A DNA stretch of 64,000 nt from Bacteroidota bacterium (GCA_039030475.1 JBCCEC010000012.1:2744-66743); one strand, 5' to 3'. Shown: positions 11,212-20,928, counted from the first letter of the stretch. Notes: generated by a model not told the origin, from the letters alone. Made by a program: numbers and translations.

Positions 11212-12348
11212 TTAGAAAGAATAAACGGCCGCTAAAATAAATGAAGCAAGGCTATCACCAGGGTCTAAATCACTGTCAAAAAAGAAATCCTCAGATGCAC
11301 TATCCAAACGGATTTCAGGTTTGATAATTAAATCGCCTATAGTGGCACTTCCAGTTAAGGTCACAGCAAAAACGCTAGAATCCTCAACTCCAGTACCAAT
11401 TGCTCCAAAGGCACCTGATTCAGCAAAATATTCACCTCTTAAACCAATGGCAAAATTATCTGATGTAGTCAATTGCGGGTATAAAGCAACACCATAAAAA
11501 CCTAGGTCATCAGTATCTTGGTATGTTGCGTTAATGCCTAGAAAGAATTTTTCAGTAAGGTCGAATCCTCCAGTAAAATCAACTTGGAACAATGCTTCGT
11601 TGTCTACTTCTACAAGCGCACCATCGGCATTTACGAATTCATCTCCACCTTGATTTCCATAAATAAAATTTAAAAATTGACCGCTATACCCCAATTGCGC
11701 ACCGAAAGAAATTTCACCAAAAGGATTGAAATCGGTAAAATCTGTAGGATTTAGAACGGCTAACATTGCAGACCAATCGTTTCCTAGGTCAAAATCCGCC
11801 TTAATACCCGTATGTGAAAAAGGGCCATAGGAAAACATGTATGAAGTACTATAGTTAAAGTTTGCGGATGGAGAAATCACCTCATACCCTAAAAATGTAT
11901 TGAAGTTACCAAATGTAAGTCTCGTGTTTTCTCCAACATTCCAAAAAACGTAGAGTTGATTTACTATTGCCGGAGAACCAAATGAATTAAATACAGCGTC
12001 TTCTCCTCGTGGTCCGAAAACCAAATCGGCTACAAAACCTACTTTTTCACTTTCATAAGAAGCAATAAGGTTTACCATACCAATGGCAAAACCTGGGTCG
12101 TTGGCAAAAGATGTGCCTGGAGCTGCTGGAAGGAAGAACCCAACAGTTTCACCATCTTCATCCAGCTGGGGTATTTCTTTGTTCAGTCCGTTAAAATTTG
12201 CCCTATAATAGGCATCGACCGTACCACTAAATTCAAACTTTGGTTTTACATCTTCCTCTTGTCCAAATGTGGTTAAAGATACTAGTGCCAATATGGCGAA
12301 AGCTAAATTTTTTACGAACTTTGTTGTTATAATCGTTTTCATAATCAT
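11212..12348 (-). CDS. Outer-membrane beta-barrel (putative porin) in the amt operon
   Basis: Signal peptide; SGTVDAYY, GYEVISPSANFNYSTSYMFSYGPFSHTG; C-terminal aromatic (VYSF). Confidence 0.8.
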   Translation of the reverse strand: MIMKTIITTKFVKNLAFAILALVSLTTFGQEEDVKPKFEFSGTVDAYYRANFNGLNKEIPQLDEDGETVGFFLPAAPGTSFANDPGFAIGMVNLIASYESEKVGFVADLVFGPRGEDAVFNSFGSPAIVNQLYVFWNVGENTRLTFGNFNTFLGYEVISPSANFNYSTSYMFSYGPFSHTGIKADFDLGNDWSAMLAVLNPTDFTDFNPFGEISFGAQLGYSGQFLNFIYGNQGGDEFVNADGALVEVDNEALFQVDFTGGFDLTEKFFLGINATYQDTDDLGFYGVALYPQLTTSDNFAIGLRGEYFAESGAFGAIGTGVEDSSVFAVTLTGSATIGDLIIKPEIRLDSASEDFFFDSDLDPGDSLASFILAAVYSF

Positions 12349-12423
12349 AATCAGTTTTAGGTGTCCTCACAAAGAGGACCATTTAATATTGTTATTGAGT
12401 TTTTGTAATTGAAAAGGTTATTT

Positions 12424-12451
12424 AACGGAGCGTTCTGCCAAACGCTCCGTT
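12424..12451. other. 11-bp perfect intergenic hairpin between amt and porin gene
   Basis: AACGGAGCGTT-ctgcca-AACGCTCCGTT; no U-tail on the coding (minus) strand. Confidence 0.6.
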
Positions 12452-12459
12452 TCCTTTTA

Positions 12460-13716
12460 TTAGTGTTGATTCATTCTGAAATCAGCATAAGCATCCATTC
12501 CATGTTCGTGGATGTCCAAGCCTTCTACTTCTTCTTCTTCCGAAACCCGTAGACCTGAAACTTTCTTAATAGTGAATAAAATCACGAATGCCGAAACGGA
12601 ACAGAACGTAGCCGCCGCGCCAACTCCTGCAAGTTGTACCAAGAATTGGTCAAAACTGGCCAAACTTCCAAAGATACCAACAGCAAGTGTACCCCAGATA
12701 CCACATATTAAGTGAACTGCGACTGCACCAACGGGGTCATCTAGTTTCAATTTATCGATAAGTGCTACACCAAATACAATGACTACACCTGCTATCAAGC
12801 CTATAAGTACCGCTTCGTTGGGGGACATTTGGTCCGCACCTGCCGTAATTCCTACCAAACCGCCCAAGATACCGTTCAAGAACATGGTTAAATCATAGTT
12901 TTTGTAAGCTATGAGAGAAGTTAAAAATGCGGATACACCTCCAGCGGCAGCTGCCAAAGAGGTTGTGACCAATACCAATGAAGTTAATTCTGGATCGGCG
13001 GAAAGTACGGACCCTCCGTTAAAACCAAACCATCCCAACCATAGAATTAACACCCCTGCTGCTGCAAAAGGTAAACTGTGCCCTGGAATTGCCTTGGGTT
13101 TACCGTCTTCTCCAAATTTCCCTATTCTAGCGCCGAGCAAGAAAATAGCGATCAATGCGCCCCATCCACCTACAGAATGCACCAAGGTAGAACCTGCAAA
13201 GTCATAAAATCCTTCTGCGGTGCCATAAGAAAGTGAAGAAAGGAAACCACCGCCCCATTGCCATGAGCCTACGATAGGGTAAACGAGTCCTACGTATATG
13301 ATGGTAAATAGCATAAATGCCCCAAGTTTTACCCGTTCCGCTACTGCTCCAGAAACAATTGTTGCTGCTGTTGCTGCAAACATTCCTTGGAACAAGAAGT
13401 CTGTCCACCAAGTATACCCTCCATCAGCATATTCAGGAGTCATTCCATTTTCTGGCGCTGCAATACCAAAGCCTGCAAACTTTAGAAAACCTAGATCCCC
13501 ATCCTCAAATCCTGGGTACATTAAATTAAATCCTCCTACATAATAAAGTAGTAAGCCAACACATATTATAAATACGTTCTTAAATAATATGTTTACGGTA
13601 TTCTTTTGTCTGGTAAGACCGATTTCTAAAAAAGAGAAACCTAAGTGCATAAAAAACACCAGTCCTGTACAGATCATCATCCATACGTTATTCGCTGTAA
13701 ATAATCCTGCGTCCAT
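12460..13716 (-). CDS. amtB: Ammonium transporter
   Basis: FQGMFAAT, DFAGSTLVHSVGG, ILWLGWFGFNGGS, DDPVGAVAVH. Confidence 0.97.
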   Translation of the reverse strand: MDAGLFTANNVWMMICTGLVFFMHLGFSFLEIGLTRQKNTVNILFKNVFIICVGLLLYYVGGFNLMYPGFEDGDLGFLKFAGFGIAAPENGMTPEYADGGYTWWTDFLFQGMFAATAATIVSGAVAERVKLGAFMLFTIIYVGLVYPIVGSWQWGGGFLSSLSYGTAEGFYDFAGSTLVHSVGGWGALIAIFLLGARIGKFGEDGKPKAIPGHSLPFAAAGVLILWLGWFGFNGGSVLSADPELTSLVLVTTSLAAAAGGVSAFLTSLIAYKNYDLTMFLNGILGGLVGITAGADQMSPNEAVLIGLIAGVVIVFGVALIDKLKLDDPVGAVAVHLICGIWGTLAVGIFGSLASFDQFLVQLAGVGAAATFCSVSAFVILFTIKKVSGLRVSEEEEVEGLDIHEHGMDAYADFRMNQH

Positions 13717-13750
13717 AATCTTTAAATATTGTTAGTGTTAGTTGAGTTGT

Positions 13751-14089
13751 TTAGTTAATTCCGGCACTACCGCTTTCCTTGGTTCTTATTCGGTAGGCTT
13801 CAATGACATCCGATACGAAGACTTTTCCATCTCCCACATTTCCGGTTGCTGCTGCTTCTATCAACGTGTTCACTGTTCGCTCTAGAAAGTCATCGGTCAC
13901 TACAATGACCAAATACCTTCGTTGTATATCGGAAGTACTGTAAGAGATACCTCGATAAACGTGTCCTTGTTTTTCATTTCCAACTCCAGTTACATCCCAG
14001 TAACTAAAGAAGTTGACCTCAATTCCATGAAGTGCTTTTTTCACCTCATCGAATTTGGATTTTCTAATAATTGCCTCGACTTTTTTCAT
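13751..14089 (-). CDS. glnK: P-II nitrogen regulator
   Basis: MKKVEAIIR, T-loop YRG, GDGKVFV; 112 aa, directly upstream of amt. Confidence 0.92.
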   Translation of the reverse strand: MKKVEAIIRKSKFDEVKKALHGIEVNFFSYWDVTGVGNEKQGHVYRGISYSTSDIQRRYLVIVVTDDFLERTVNTLIEAAATGNVGDGKVFVSDVIEAYRIRTKESGSAGIN

Positions 14090-14112
14090 AATTAAATAGT
14101 TAATTGATCTCC

Positions 14113-14120
14113 CAAATATA
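14113..14120 (-). promoter_or_regulatory. Bacteroidota -7 promoter box of glnK operon
   Basis: TATATTTG on the minus strand, matching TAnnTTTG. Confidence 0.65.
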
Positions 14121-14187
14121 TGTTAAATCGAAAAAGACTATGATAAATATCAGGTAGTTGTGTTGATTTTTATACTTATGAAAAAAA

Positions 14188-14209
14188 TACCCCTAGAATT
14201 TTAGGGGTA
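14188..14209. promoter_or_regulatory. 8-6-8 palindrome (operator or terminator)
   Basis: TACCCCTA-gaattt-TAGGGGTA; T-run follows on the minus strand. Confidence 0.5.
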
Positions 14210-14357
14210 ACTTATTTTAAAGATACTTTTATTAAACATTTGATGATTTTTTCTTAACATAAGAACAAAATATTAGAGATTCTTAATTAGAAACATCCTT
14301 TTTTATAGAAAATGTTTAATAATCAACAAAAAATATTGAGAAAAGTTAATTTTATAA

Positions 14358-14732
14358 CTAATTCCCTAATCTAGAGAGCCATAGCCCAATTGCAACGGCC
14401 AAAACACCTAGAATTATGCTTAATGCCAAGTAGAAAGAAAAGTGAAGAATATCACCGTTTTTTAATAAACTGTGCTTTTCCAGTGCAAATGCAGAAAATG
14501 TAGTGAAGCCTCCACAAAAACCTGTAGCAAGAAATAACGTACTGTTATAGGATACTAAACTGCTCCTTGATGCTATTCCTAGAATTAAACCAATGAGCAA
14601 TGCACCAATAATATTGACTAAAAAGGTTCCCAAGAAGAAATTTGGAAAGATATTATTTAAAGGTTTGGTAATGACATAACGAAGTACGCTACCAAAACCA
14701 CCACCTAAAAAAACAAGAAAAGCTTGCTTCAT
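14358..14732 (-). CDS. crcB: Fluoride channel Fluc/CrcB
   Basis: GGGFGSVLRY, GTFLVNIIG, TGFCGGFTTFSAF. Confidence 0.96.
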   Translation of the reverse strand: MKQAFLVFLGGGFGSVLRYVITKPLNNIFPNFFLGTFLVNIIGALLIGLILGIASRSSLVSYNSTLFLATGFCGGFTTFSAFALEKHSLLKNGDILHFSFYLALSIILGVLAVAIGLWLSRLGN

Positions 14733-14748
14733 TTATTAAATGTACAAA

Positions 14749-14928
14749 CTAAACCGCTTTCTTGTATTGACTTTTAGAAGCTTCTCGAGGTAAAATTTTT
14801 GCTACCGAAGCCTCGGATTTCTTTGAAGCTGTTTTGCTTAACTTACTGCTGGACCCGTTAACGCTGAGAAATAAGAGCAATCCGTTAACAATGAGTAGAA
14901 CCAAAAGAATGCCTAAAAATGTTGTCAT
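14749..14928 (-). CDS. Small single-TM protein (59 aa), member of a three-copy peptide family
   Basis: MTTFLGILLVLLIVNGLLLFLSVNG plus basic tail; ATG at 14928; TACTTTTG box upstream. Confidence 0.65.
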   Translation of the reverse strand: MTTFLGILLVLLIVNGLLLFLSVNGSSSKLSKTASKKSEASVAKILPREASKSQYKKAV

Positions 14929-15039
14929 GTTATACAAAACTAACGTTAAACAAAAGTACGTCTTTTACTACATTGTACGTATTGCCTTATGAATAAAGTT
15001 GTAAAACGGTTAATTTTTGTGGCATAAGTAAACTTATTG

Positions 15040-15228
15040 TTAATTTTTAAGAAAATATTTAATGAAGAATAGGAATATTATGAATGTGATAAAGGAAATC
15101 ATAACCCATTTTACTCCTTTGTAATTTTTGATATGCAAGGATTTATCCTTTCGATAAGATATTGCGATTATAGTTACAAAAGCTACAACAAAAAGAGCTG
15201 CAAAAATTAATTGTCCTGTGCTGAACAT
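15040..15228 (-). CDS. Small two-TM membrane protein
   Basis: 62 aa, two hydrophobic segments around SYRKD. Confidence 0.75.
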   Translation of the reverse strand: MFSTGQLIFAALFVVAFVTIIAISYRKDKSLHIKNYKGVKWVMISFITFIIFLFFIKYFLKN

Positions 15229-15268
15229 ATTTTCTATTTTTACGCAAAGCTAAATCAAAACGAGAATA

Positions 15269-15655
15269 ATGGAAAGTAAAATTAAGGCAGTAGAATTGTT
15301 TCACAACTCTTTTGGTCTTGGAGTGCTGCAGGAACCCAAAGCAGATTTGGGAGCAGCAAAAAATAAGTTGCGATTTAACCTCATGGATGAGGAAAACAAG
15401 GAGTATTTGGAAGCTGCCAACGATGGAGATTTAATTGAGGTTGCCGATGCACTGGGAGATATGCTCTATATTCTTTGTGGAACAATTTTGGAACACGGCA
15501 TGCAGTATAAAATAGGAGAGGTCTTTGAGGAAATTCAGCGAAGCAATATGAGTAAATTAGGATTGGACGGCAAACCTATTTATCGTGAAGATGGAAAAGT
15601 GCTAAAAGGACCAAATTATTTTAAACCGAATATAGAAGGCGTTCTGGATAAATAA
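15269..15655 (+). CDS. MazG-like nucleoside-triphosphate pyrophosphohydrolase
   Basis: LMDEENKEYLEAA, EVADALGD, RSNMSK..REDGKVLKGPNY. Confidence 0.9.
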   Translation: MESKIKAVELFHNSFGLGVLQEPKADLGAAKNKLRFNLMDEENKEYLEAANDGDLIEVADALGDMLYILCGTILEHGMQYKIGEVFEEIQRSNMSKLGLDGKPIYREDGKVLKGPNYFKPNIEGVLDK

Positions 15656-15685
15656 AAAAAGCACCTTTTTAAAGGTGCTTTTTTT
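15654..15685. terminator. Bidirectional terminator
   Basis: A7-GCACCTT..AAGGTGC-T7 between convergent genes. Confidence 0.85.
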
Positions 15686-15688
15686 GTG

Positions 15689-16753
15689 CTATACTTTAAA
15701 GCGCCATCCAAATTTATCTTCTGCACGATTGTATTGAATATCGGTAATTCGTTTTTTTAGAAGTGTGGCGTAACTTTCTGGTAATTCTGGTAATTCATAA
15801 TCAGTTTCCTTATGCCCAAAAGCGGAAATTGGTGAAATTACAGCAGCTGTTCCGGCACCAAACATTTCTTTGAGCGTTCCGTCTTTTGCCGCATTTACAA
15901 CTTCATTTACCGTAATCTTTCTTACCTCGGTTGCAATCCCTTCGTCTTTGGCAATATCCAGGATACTTTTACGGGTGATGCCATCCAAAATACGATCACT
16001 TGTCGGTCCTGTGATAAGGGTGTCGTTGATACGAATGAAAATATTCATGGCACCAGCTTCCTCTATAAATTCATGGTTGTTGTCGTCTGTCCAGATGACC
16101 TGATTATATCCCTTTTCAATGGCAAGTTGGGTTGGATAAAACTGACCGGCGTAGTTTCCTCCCGCTTTCGCAAAACCTACCCCACCGTTAGCTGAACGAG
16201 AATATTTTTCTTCGATTAAAACTTTTACTTGTCCAGAAAAATAGGAACCAGATGGCGCACAAGCTATTATAAATTTGTATTCATCAGCAGGTGAAGCATG
16301 AAATCCTGTGCCGGATGCTAACATAAAAGGGCGAATATATAGCGAGCTGCCCGGTGTTTGCGGAATCCAGTCTGAGTCTGTTTGCAGTAAAGTGGTTAGG
16401 CCATCTATGAAATAAGATTCGGGGAGTTCAGGTATCGCTAATCTTTTGGCAGATTTGTTCAAACGTTTATGGTTTTCCAAAGGTCTAAAGAGCCAAGTAT
16501 CCCCAGCTTCATCCTTATAGGCCTTCATTCCCTCAAAAATAGATTGTCCATAATGAAATATTTTTGCCGAAGGTTCTAAAGTTATAGGTTGATAAGGGAT
16601 AACCTTTGGAGTTTGCCATGAACCGTTGACAAAATCGCAGACCAACATATGATCTGTGTAAACACTTCCAAATGAAAGATTGTCAAAATCAACATCGTTG
16701 ATTTTGGTAGTTTTAGATTTTTCTACCCTGATAGCTTTAGTCGTTGTTTCCAT
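15689..16753 (-). CDS. ilvE: Branched-chain amino acid aminotransferase
   Basis: HYGQSIFEGMKAY, YIRPF, AKAGGNY (PLP lysine), ILDGITR, GTAA. Confidence 0.95.
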   Translation of the reverse strand: METTTKAIRVEKSKTTKINDVDFDNLSFGSVYTDHMLVCDFVNGSWQTPKVIPYQPITLEPSAKIFHYGQSIFEGMKAYKDEAGDTWLFRPLENHKRLNKSAKRLAIPELPESYFIDGLTTLLQTDSDWIPQTPGSSLYIRPFMLASGTGFHASPADEYKFIIACAPSGSYFSGQVKVLIEEKYSRSANGGVGFAKAGGNYAGQFYPTQLAIEKGYNQVIWTDDNNHEFIEEAGAMNIFIRINDTLITGPTSDRILDGITRKSILDIAKDEGIATEVRKITVNEVVNAAKDGTLKEMFGAGTAAVISPISAFGHKETDYELPELPESYATLLKKRITDIQYNRAEDKFGWRFKV

Positions 16754-16861
16754 ATCGAAAAAAATATTAACAGATAAAATTAGCTAATTATCCCTATTTT
16801 TTGGTGCTTTATCAATTTAAAATCAAGTTATTCGTTCACACTTTATTTATTTTTTTTGATT

Positions 16862-17326
16862 ATGAAAGTATTTAACATTTTAACTGCCATATTCTTACTG
16901 TTTCAAACGGTTGCACACGCTCAGAATACAGGTTTTGAAACGTATGGCGCCTCGTTCGAGGCAAAGGCAACTTCAGACCTTGAAAATGAAGTTTTTGAGA
17001 AAATAGGTGTAAAAGATACTATTGCGACCCAAGTATCCGGAACTATCGTAGATGTATGTAAAGCTAAGGGATGTTGGATGAAAGTAGCTATGGGAAATGA
17101 AGAAGAAGTTTTTGTAAAGTTCAAGGACTATGGCTTTTTTGTTCCCACGGATTCGGAAAATGGAAAGGTAGTTATGGATGGAATTGCATTTGTTGAAGAA
17201 GTTTCGGTAGATGAACAACGGCATTATGCAGAGGATGCAGGAAAATCAAAAGAAGAAGTTGCTAAAATAACCAAGCCTAAAAAAACCTTAAGGTTCGAAG
17301 CTTCCGGAGTACAGATAAAAAAGTAG
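16862..17326 (+). CDS. DUF4920 family protein
   Basis: Signal peptide; VCKAKGCWM, FKDYGFFVP. Confidence 0.9.
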   Translation: MKVFNILTAIFLLFQTVAHAQNTGFETYGASFEAKATSDLENEVFEKIGVKDTIATQVSGTIVDVCKAKGCWMKVAMGNEEEVFVKFKDYGFFVPTDSENGKVVMDGIAFVEEVSVDEQRHYAEDAGKSKEEVAKITKPKKTLRFEASGVQIKK

Positions 17327-17327
17327 T

Positions 17328-17990
17328 TTGAAGCGTAAAATTATTACTACTGCTGACGGTTCTAAAACCATCCAAATTGAAGATTGGGACGAACAGTACC
17401 ACTCAAAACATGGTGCTGTACAAGAGGCGTATCACGTTTTTATCAAGAATGGTCTTCGGCTATTTCAAGATACAAGTATCAAAATTTTGGAAATAGGATT
17501 TGGTACGGGACTTAATGCATTGGTAACCTTTTTGGAAAGTGAGAATTTAAATCTATCCATAGATTATGTAGGTGTGGAAGCATTCCCAGTGAAAACGGAA
17601 GAATTAGCAGCACTAAACTACATTGAGAATTTAAACGCGCATGAACACCAGGAGCTTTTTGAAAAGATGCACAGCTCATCTTGGGAAACAAAAACTGAAA
17701 TTGCTCAAAATTTTAGATTACTGAAGCAATTGAAGGATTTTAAATCCATAAACGACATTAATTTGTTCGATCTTGTTTATTATGATGCTTTTGGCGCAAG
17801 GGTACAACCTGATTTATGGACGGAAGAATTGTTCTTGAAAATGTACCTCGCATTAAAAAGAAAAGGTGTTTTGGTTACATATTCTGCAAAAGGTAGTGTT
17901 CGTAGGGGTTTGGAAGCAGTTGGTTTTTCTGTTGAGCGATTACCGGGGCCTCCTGGTAAACGTGAAATGCTCAGAGCAAGAAAGAATTAG
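17328..17990 (+). CDS. mnmD: tRNA mnm5s2U34 methyltransferase (stand-alone MnmC methyltransferase domain)
   Basis: TTADGSKT, YHSKHGA, LEIGFGTGLN, YDAFG, RLPGPPGKREM; TTG start. Confidence 0.9.
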   Translation: MKRKIITTADGSKTIQIEDWDEQYHSKHGAVQEAYHVFIKNGLRLFQDTSIKILEIGFGTGLNALVTFLESENLNLSIDYVGVEAFPVKTEELAALNYIENLNAHEHQELFEKMHSSSWETKTEIAQNFRLLKQLKDFKSINDINLFDLVYYDAFGARVQPDLWTEELFLKMYLALKRKGVLVTYSAKGSVRRGLEAVGFSVERLPGPPGKREMLRARKN

Positions 17991-18125
17991 GTTTTCATAA
18001 TAATTTGTTAAGCAGCGTATTCAAGTTGTCTTAAAAACAATTAAAGTTTAAACATTTATGTTAAACCTTAATTAATACCTCAAAAACAGCAAGTTAAACC
18101 ATTAAATTTGTTTCAAAACGATTTT

Positions 18126-19091
18126 ATGAAGGTGTTGATAACGGGTGCTACGGGTTTAGTTGGTAAAGCCATTACAGAGGTTTTGCATACTAAAGGTATC
18201 GCCGTTAATTACTTGACCACTAGCAAGGACAAAATAGTTTCAAAAGAAAACTATACTGGTTTCTATTGGAATCCTGCAGAAGGTGAAATCGATATAGCTT
18301 GTTTTGAAGAAGTTTCGGCAATAATTAATCTAGCGGGAGCAAGCATAGCCAATAAATGGACGACCGTTTATAAGAAAAAGGTGCTATCAAGTAGAATAGA
18401 TAGTATTCAAACGTTGCATGATGGGCTGAAAAAAATAGACGCTTTCCAAATCAAATCCTTTGTTTCTGCTTCCGCAATTGGTATTTATCCCTCCTCTCTC
18501 TTTTCGTATTATGACGAGAAAGAAAATAAGGTAGATGATAGTTTTTTAGGTGAGGTCGTAGAAGAATGGGAGAAAAAAATAGACACTTTACAAGCCTTCG
18601 ATTTTAATTTAGCCAAAATAAGGATTGGAATTGTGCTATCTACCGAGGGAGGGGCTTTACCAAAAATGGCCATGCCTGTTAAAAATTATGTTGGGGCAGC
18701 TTTTGGAAATGGTAAACAATGGCAATCTTGGATTCATATCGATGATTTGGCCAATATGTTTGTATTTGCTTTAGAGAATGCGTTAAGGGGAACCTTTAAT
18801 GCGGTAGCGCCCAATCCAGTGACCAATAGTAAAATGACCAAAGAATTGGCGAAAGTTCTCAAAAGACCTTTGATATTGCCCAATATTCCTAAACCTATGA
18901 TGGATTTGGTCTTAGGGGAGATGTCCTATCTACTTTTTGCAAGTCATAGGGTAAGTAGTAAACGTATCGAAAAGAAAGGATTCAATTTTGAATTTTCAAA
19001 TATATGTTGCGCTATCGAGGACTTATATATAGCTGAAAAGACAGCAGCGTGCGAAACGAAGACTGCTAGTTTAAACAAAGAACTCGTCTAG
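18126..19091 (+). CDS. TIGR01777 family NAD-dependent epimerase-like oxidoreductase
   Basis: ITGATGLVG, INLAGASIA, SWIHIDD. Confidence 0.9.
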   Translation: MKVLITGATGLVGKAITEVLHTKGIAVNYLTTSKDKIVSKENYTGFYWNPAEGEIDIACFEEVSAIINLAGASIANKWTTVYKKKVLSSRIDSIQTLHDGLKKIDAFQIKSFVSASAIGIYPSSLFSYYDEKENKVDDSFLGEVVEEWEKKIDTLQAFDFNLAKIRIGIVLSTEGGALPKMAMPVKNYVGAAFGNGKQWQSWIHIDDLANMFVFALENALRGTFNAVAPNPVTNSKMTKELAKVLKRPLILPNIPKPMMDLVLGEMSYLLFASHRVSSKRIEKKGFNFEFSNICCAIEDLYIAEKTAACETKTASLNKELV

Positions 19092-19118
19092 CAAATTGCT
19101 TCAATATGATTAGAATAC

Positions 19119-19144
19119 AATCCGCCGATAAGGCGGATTTTTTT
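19119..19144 (+). terminator. Intrinsic terminator
   Basis: AATCCGCC-gataa-GGCGGATT followed by T-run. Confidence 0.85.
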
Positions 19145-19155
19145 ATGATTTCTTG

Positions 19156-19194
19156 TGACATTTTGACATTTTTGGACAATTGGCAGTACTTTTG
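19156..19194 (+). promoter_or_regulatory. grpE-dnaJ promoter overlapped by TGACA-like direct repeats
   Basis: TTTG 19162-19165, 21-nt spacer, TACTTTTG 19187-19194; TGACA 19156 and 19164, GGACA 19174, TGGCA 19181. Confidence 0.7.
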
Positions 19195-19227
19195 CCACTT
19201 CAGAAATTGAAAATAAAATTTAAGTAT

Positions 19228-19803
19228 ATGAGCAAGAAAAGTAAAGTTGAGGAAATGGACAGCGAGCTTAATGATTCCCAAACGCTGGAGACTCCTGAAC
19301 TTAACGATGAAAATGCAGATGCTGAAAACGAAAATGAAGAAATAGAAGAAGTTTCCGAAGAAGAACGATTACGTGAAGATTTGGCAAAGGAAAAAGATAA
19401 ATTTCTTCGACTTTTTGCAGAATTTGAAAACTTTAAGAGACGTACTTCAAAAGAACGCGTTGAGCTTTTTAAAACAGCAGGTCAAGAAGTAATCGTATCA
19501 CTTTTACCTGTTATGGATGATTTTGATAGGGCACTCAAGGAGATTTCCAAGTCTGAGGACAAAGAGATGTTCAAAGGAGTTGAGCTCATCAGCAATAAGT
19601 TCAAGGAAACGCTCAAAGGAAAAGGGTTGGAGCAGGTTGAAGTTGGAGCAGGAGATGTTTTTGATGCAGAAGTACATGATGCAATTACTCAAATTCCAGC
19701 CCCTAATAAAAAAATGAAAGGAAAAATAATCGATGTGGTCGAAAAAGGATTTAAGCTAGGAGACCGTATTATACGACACCCCAAAGTGGTGGTCGGTAAC
19801 TAA
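19228..19803 (+). CDS. grpE: Nucleotide exchange factor GrpE
   Basis: LRLFAEFENFKRR, LLPVMDDFDRA, FDAEVHDA, IIRHPKVVV. Confidence 0.97.
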   Translation: MSKKSKVEEMDSELNDSQTLETPELNDENADAENENEEIEEVSEEERLREDLAKEKDKFLRLFAEFENFKRRTSKERVELFKTAGQEVIVSLLPVMDDFDRALKEISKSEDKEMFKGVELISNKFKETLKGKGLEQVEVGAGDVFDAEVHDAITQIPAPNKKMKGKIIDVVEKGFKLGDRIIRHPKVVVGN

Positions 19804-19809
19804 GAATAT

Positions 19810-20928
19810 ATGAAGGAGGACTTTTACGAAATATTAGGTGTTTCCAAGGGCGCATCGGCTGCTGAAATCAAAAAGGCTTATAGGAAAAAAGCTATCGAGT
19901 TTCATCCCGATAAAAATCCTGGTGATACAAAAGCCGAGGAAATGTTCAAAAAGGCTGCGGAAGCTTACGAGGTTTTGAGCGATCCGGATAAACGTGCCAA
20001 GTACGATCAATTTGGTCATGCTGCTTTTGAGGGTGGTGCAGGATTTGGCGGAGGTGGTATGAACATGGATGATATCTTCAGTCAATTTGGTGATATTTTT
20101 GGAAGCGCTTTTGGGGGCGGATTTAGCGGCTTTGGCGGATTTGGCGGAGGCGGACAGCGAAGGGTCAAAGGAAGCAATCTACGTATACGCGTAAAACTGA
20201 CTCTGGAAGAAGTAGCGAATGGTGTAGAGAAGAAAGTAAAGGTCAGAAGAAAAATACAGGCCGCAGGAGTAACGTATAAAACATGTCCTACTTGTAACGG
20301 TAGTGGACAGGTTACCAAAATAACCAATACCATACTGGGCAGGATGCAAACTGCTGCCACATGTAGTACTTGTGGTGGTGCTGGCCAGGTTATCGATAAG
20401 AGGCCAAGTGGTGCCGATGCACAAGGATTAAAGATAGAAGAAGAAACTGTTTCCATTAAAATTCCGCCAGGAGTGGAAGAAGGAATGCAGTTGAAAGTAA
20501 GCGGAAAGGGTAACGGCGCTCCAGGCGATGGTATACCAGGTGATTTGTTGGTTGCTATTGAAACCATTGAGCACGATACATTAAAGAGAGAAGGAGACAA
20601 TTTACACTACGATCTCTACATTAGTTTTTCCGAAGCTGTATTGGGAAGCTCTAAAGAAATAGATGCTGTAACTGGAAAAGTGCGGATAAAACTAGAATCT
20701 GGAATCCAATCGGGAAAAATATTACGATTGCGCGGAAAAGGTATTTCCAGCATAAACGGGTACGGTAGCGGTGATTTGTTGGTTCATGTTAACGTTTGGA
20801 CTCCAAAAGAGTTGAGCAGGGAACAAAAAGAATTTTTCGAACGTATGCAAAATGATGAAAGTTTTATGCCAAAACCCGAAAAATCAGACAAGTCCTTTTT
20901 TGAAAAAGTTAAAGATATGTTCTCCTAA
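19810..20928 (+). CDS. dnaJ: Chaperone DnaJ
   Basis: J domain with HPD, G/F-rich linker, CxxCxGxG repeats. Confidence 0.98.
   Translation: MKEDFYEILGVSKGASAAEIKKAYRKKAIEFHPDKNPGDTKAEEMFKKAAEAYEVLSDPDKRAKYDQFGHAAFEGGAGFGGGGMNMDDIFSQFGDIFGSAFGGGFSGFGGFGGGGQRRVKGSNLRIRVKLTLEEVANGVEKKVKVRRKIQAAGVTYKTCPTCNGSGQVTKITNTILGRMQTAATCSTCGGAGQVIDKRPSGADAQGLKIEEETVSIKIPPGVEEGMQLKVSGKGNGAPGDGIPGDLLVAIETIEHDTLKREGDNLHYDLYISFSEAVLGSSKEIDAVTGKVRIKLESGIQSGKILRLRGKGISSINGYGSGDLLVHVNVWTPKELSREQKEFFERMQNDESFMPKPEKSDKSFFEKVKDMFS

Noticed and set aside
14733-15039. Fluoride riboswitch upstream of crcB
   Set aside because: No GGCGATG...CGCC-type core recognisable.
18044-18100. GTTTAAAC/GTTAAAC repeats upstream of the TIGR01777 gene
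   Set aside because: Irregular spacing; TTAAC words are frequent in intergenic DNA here.
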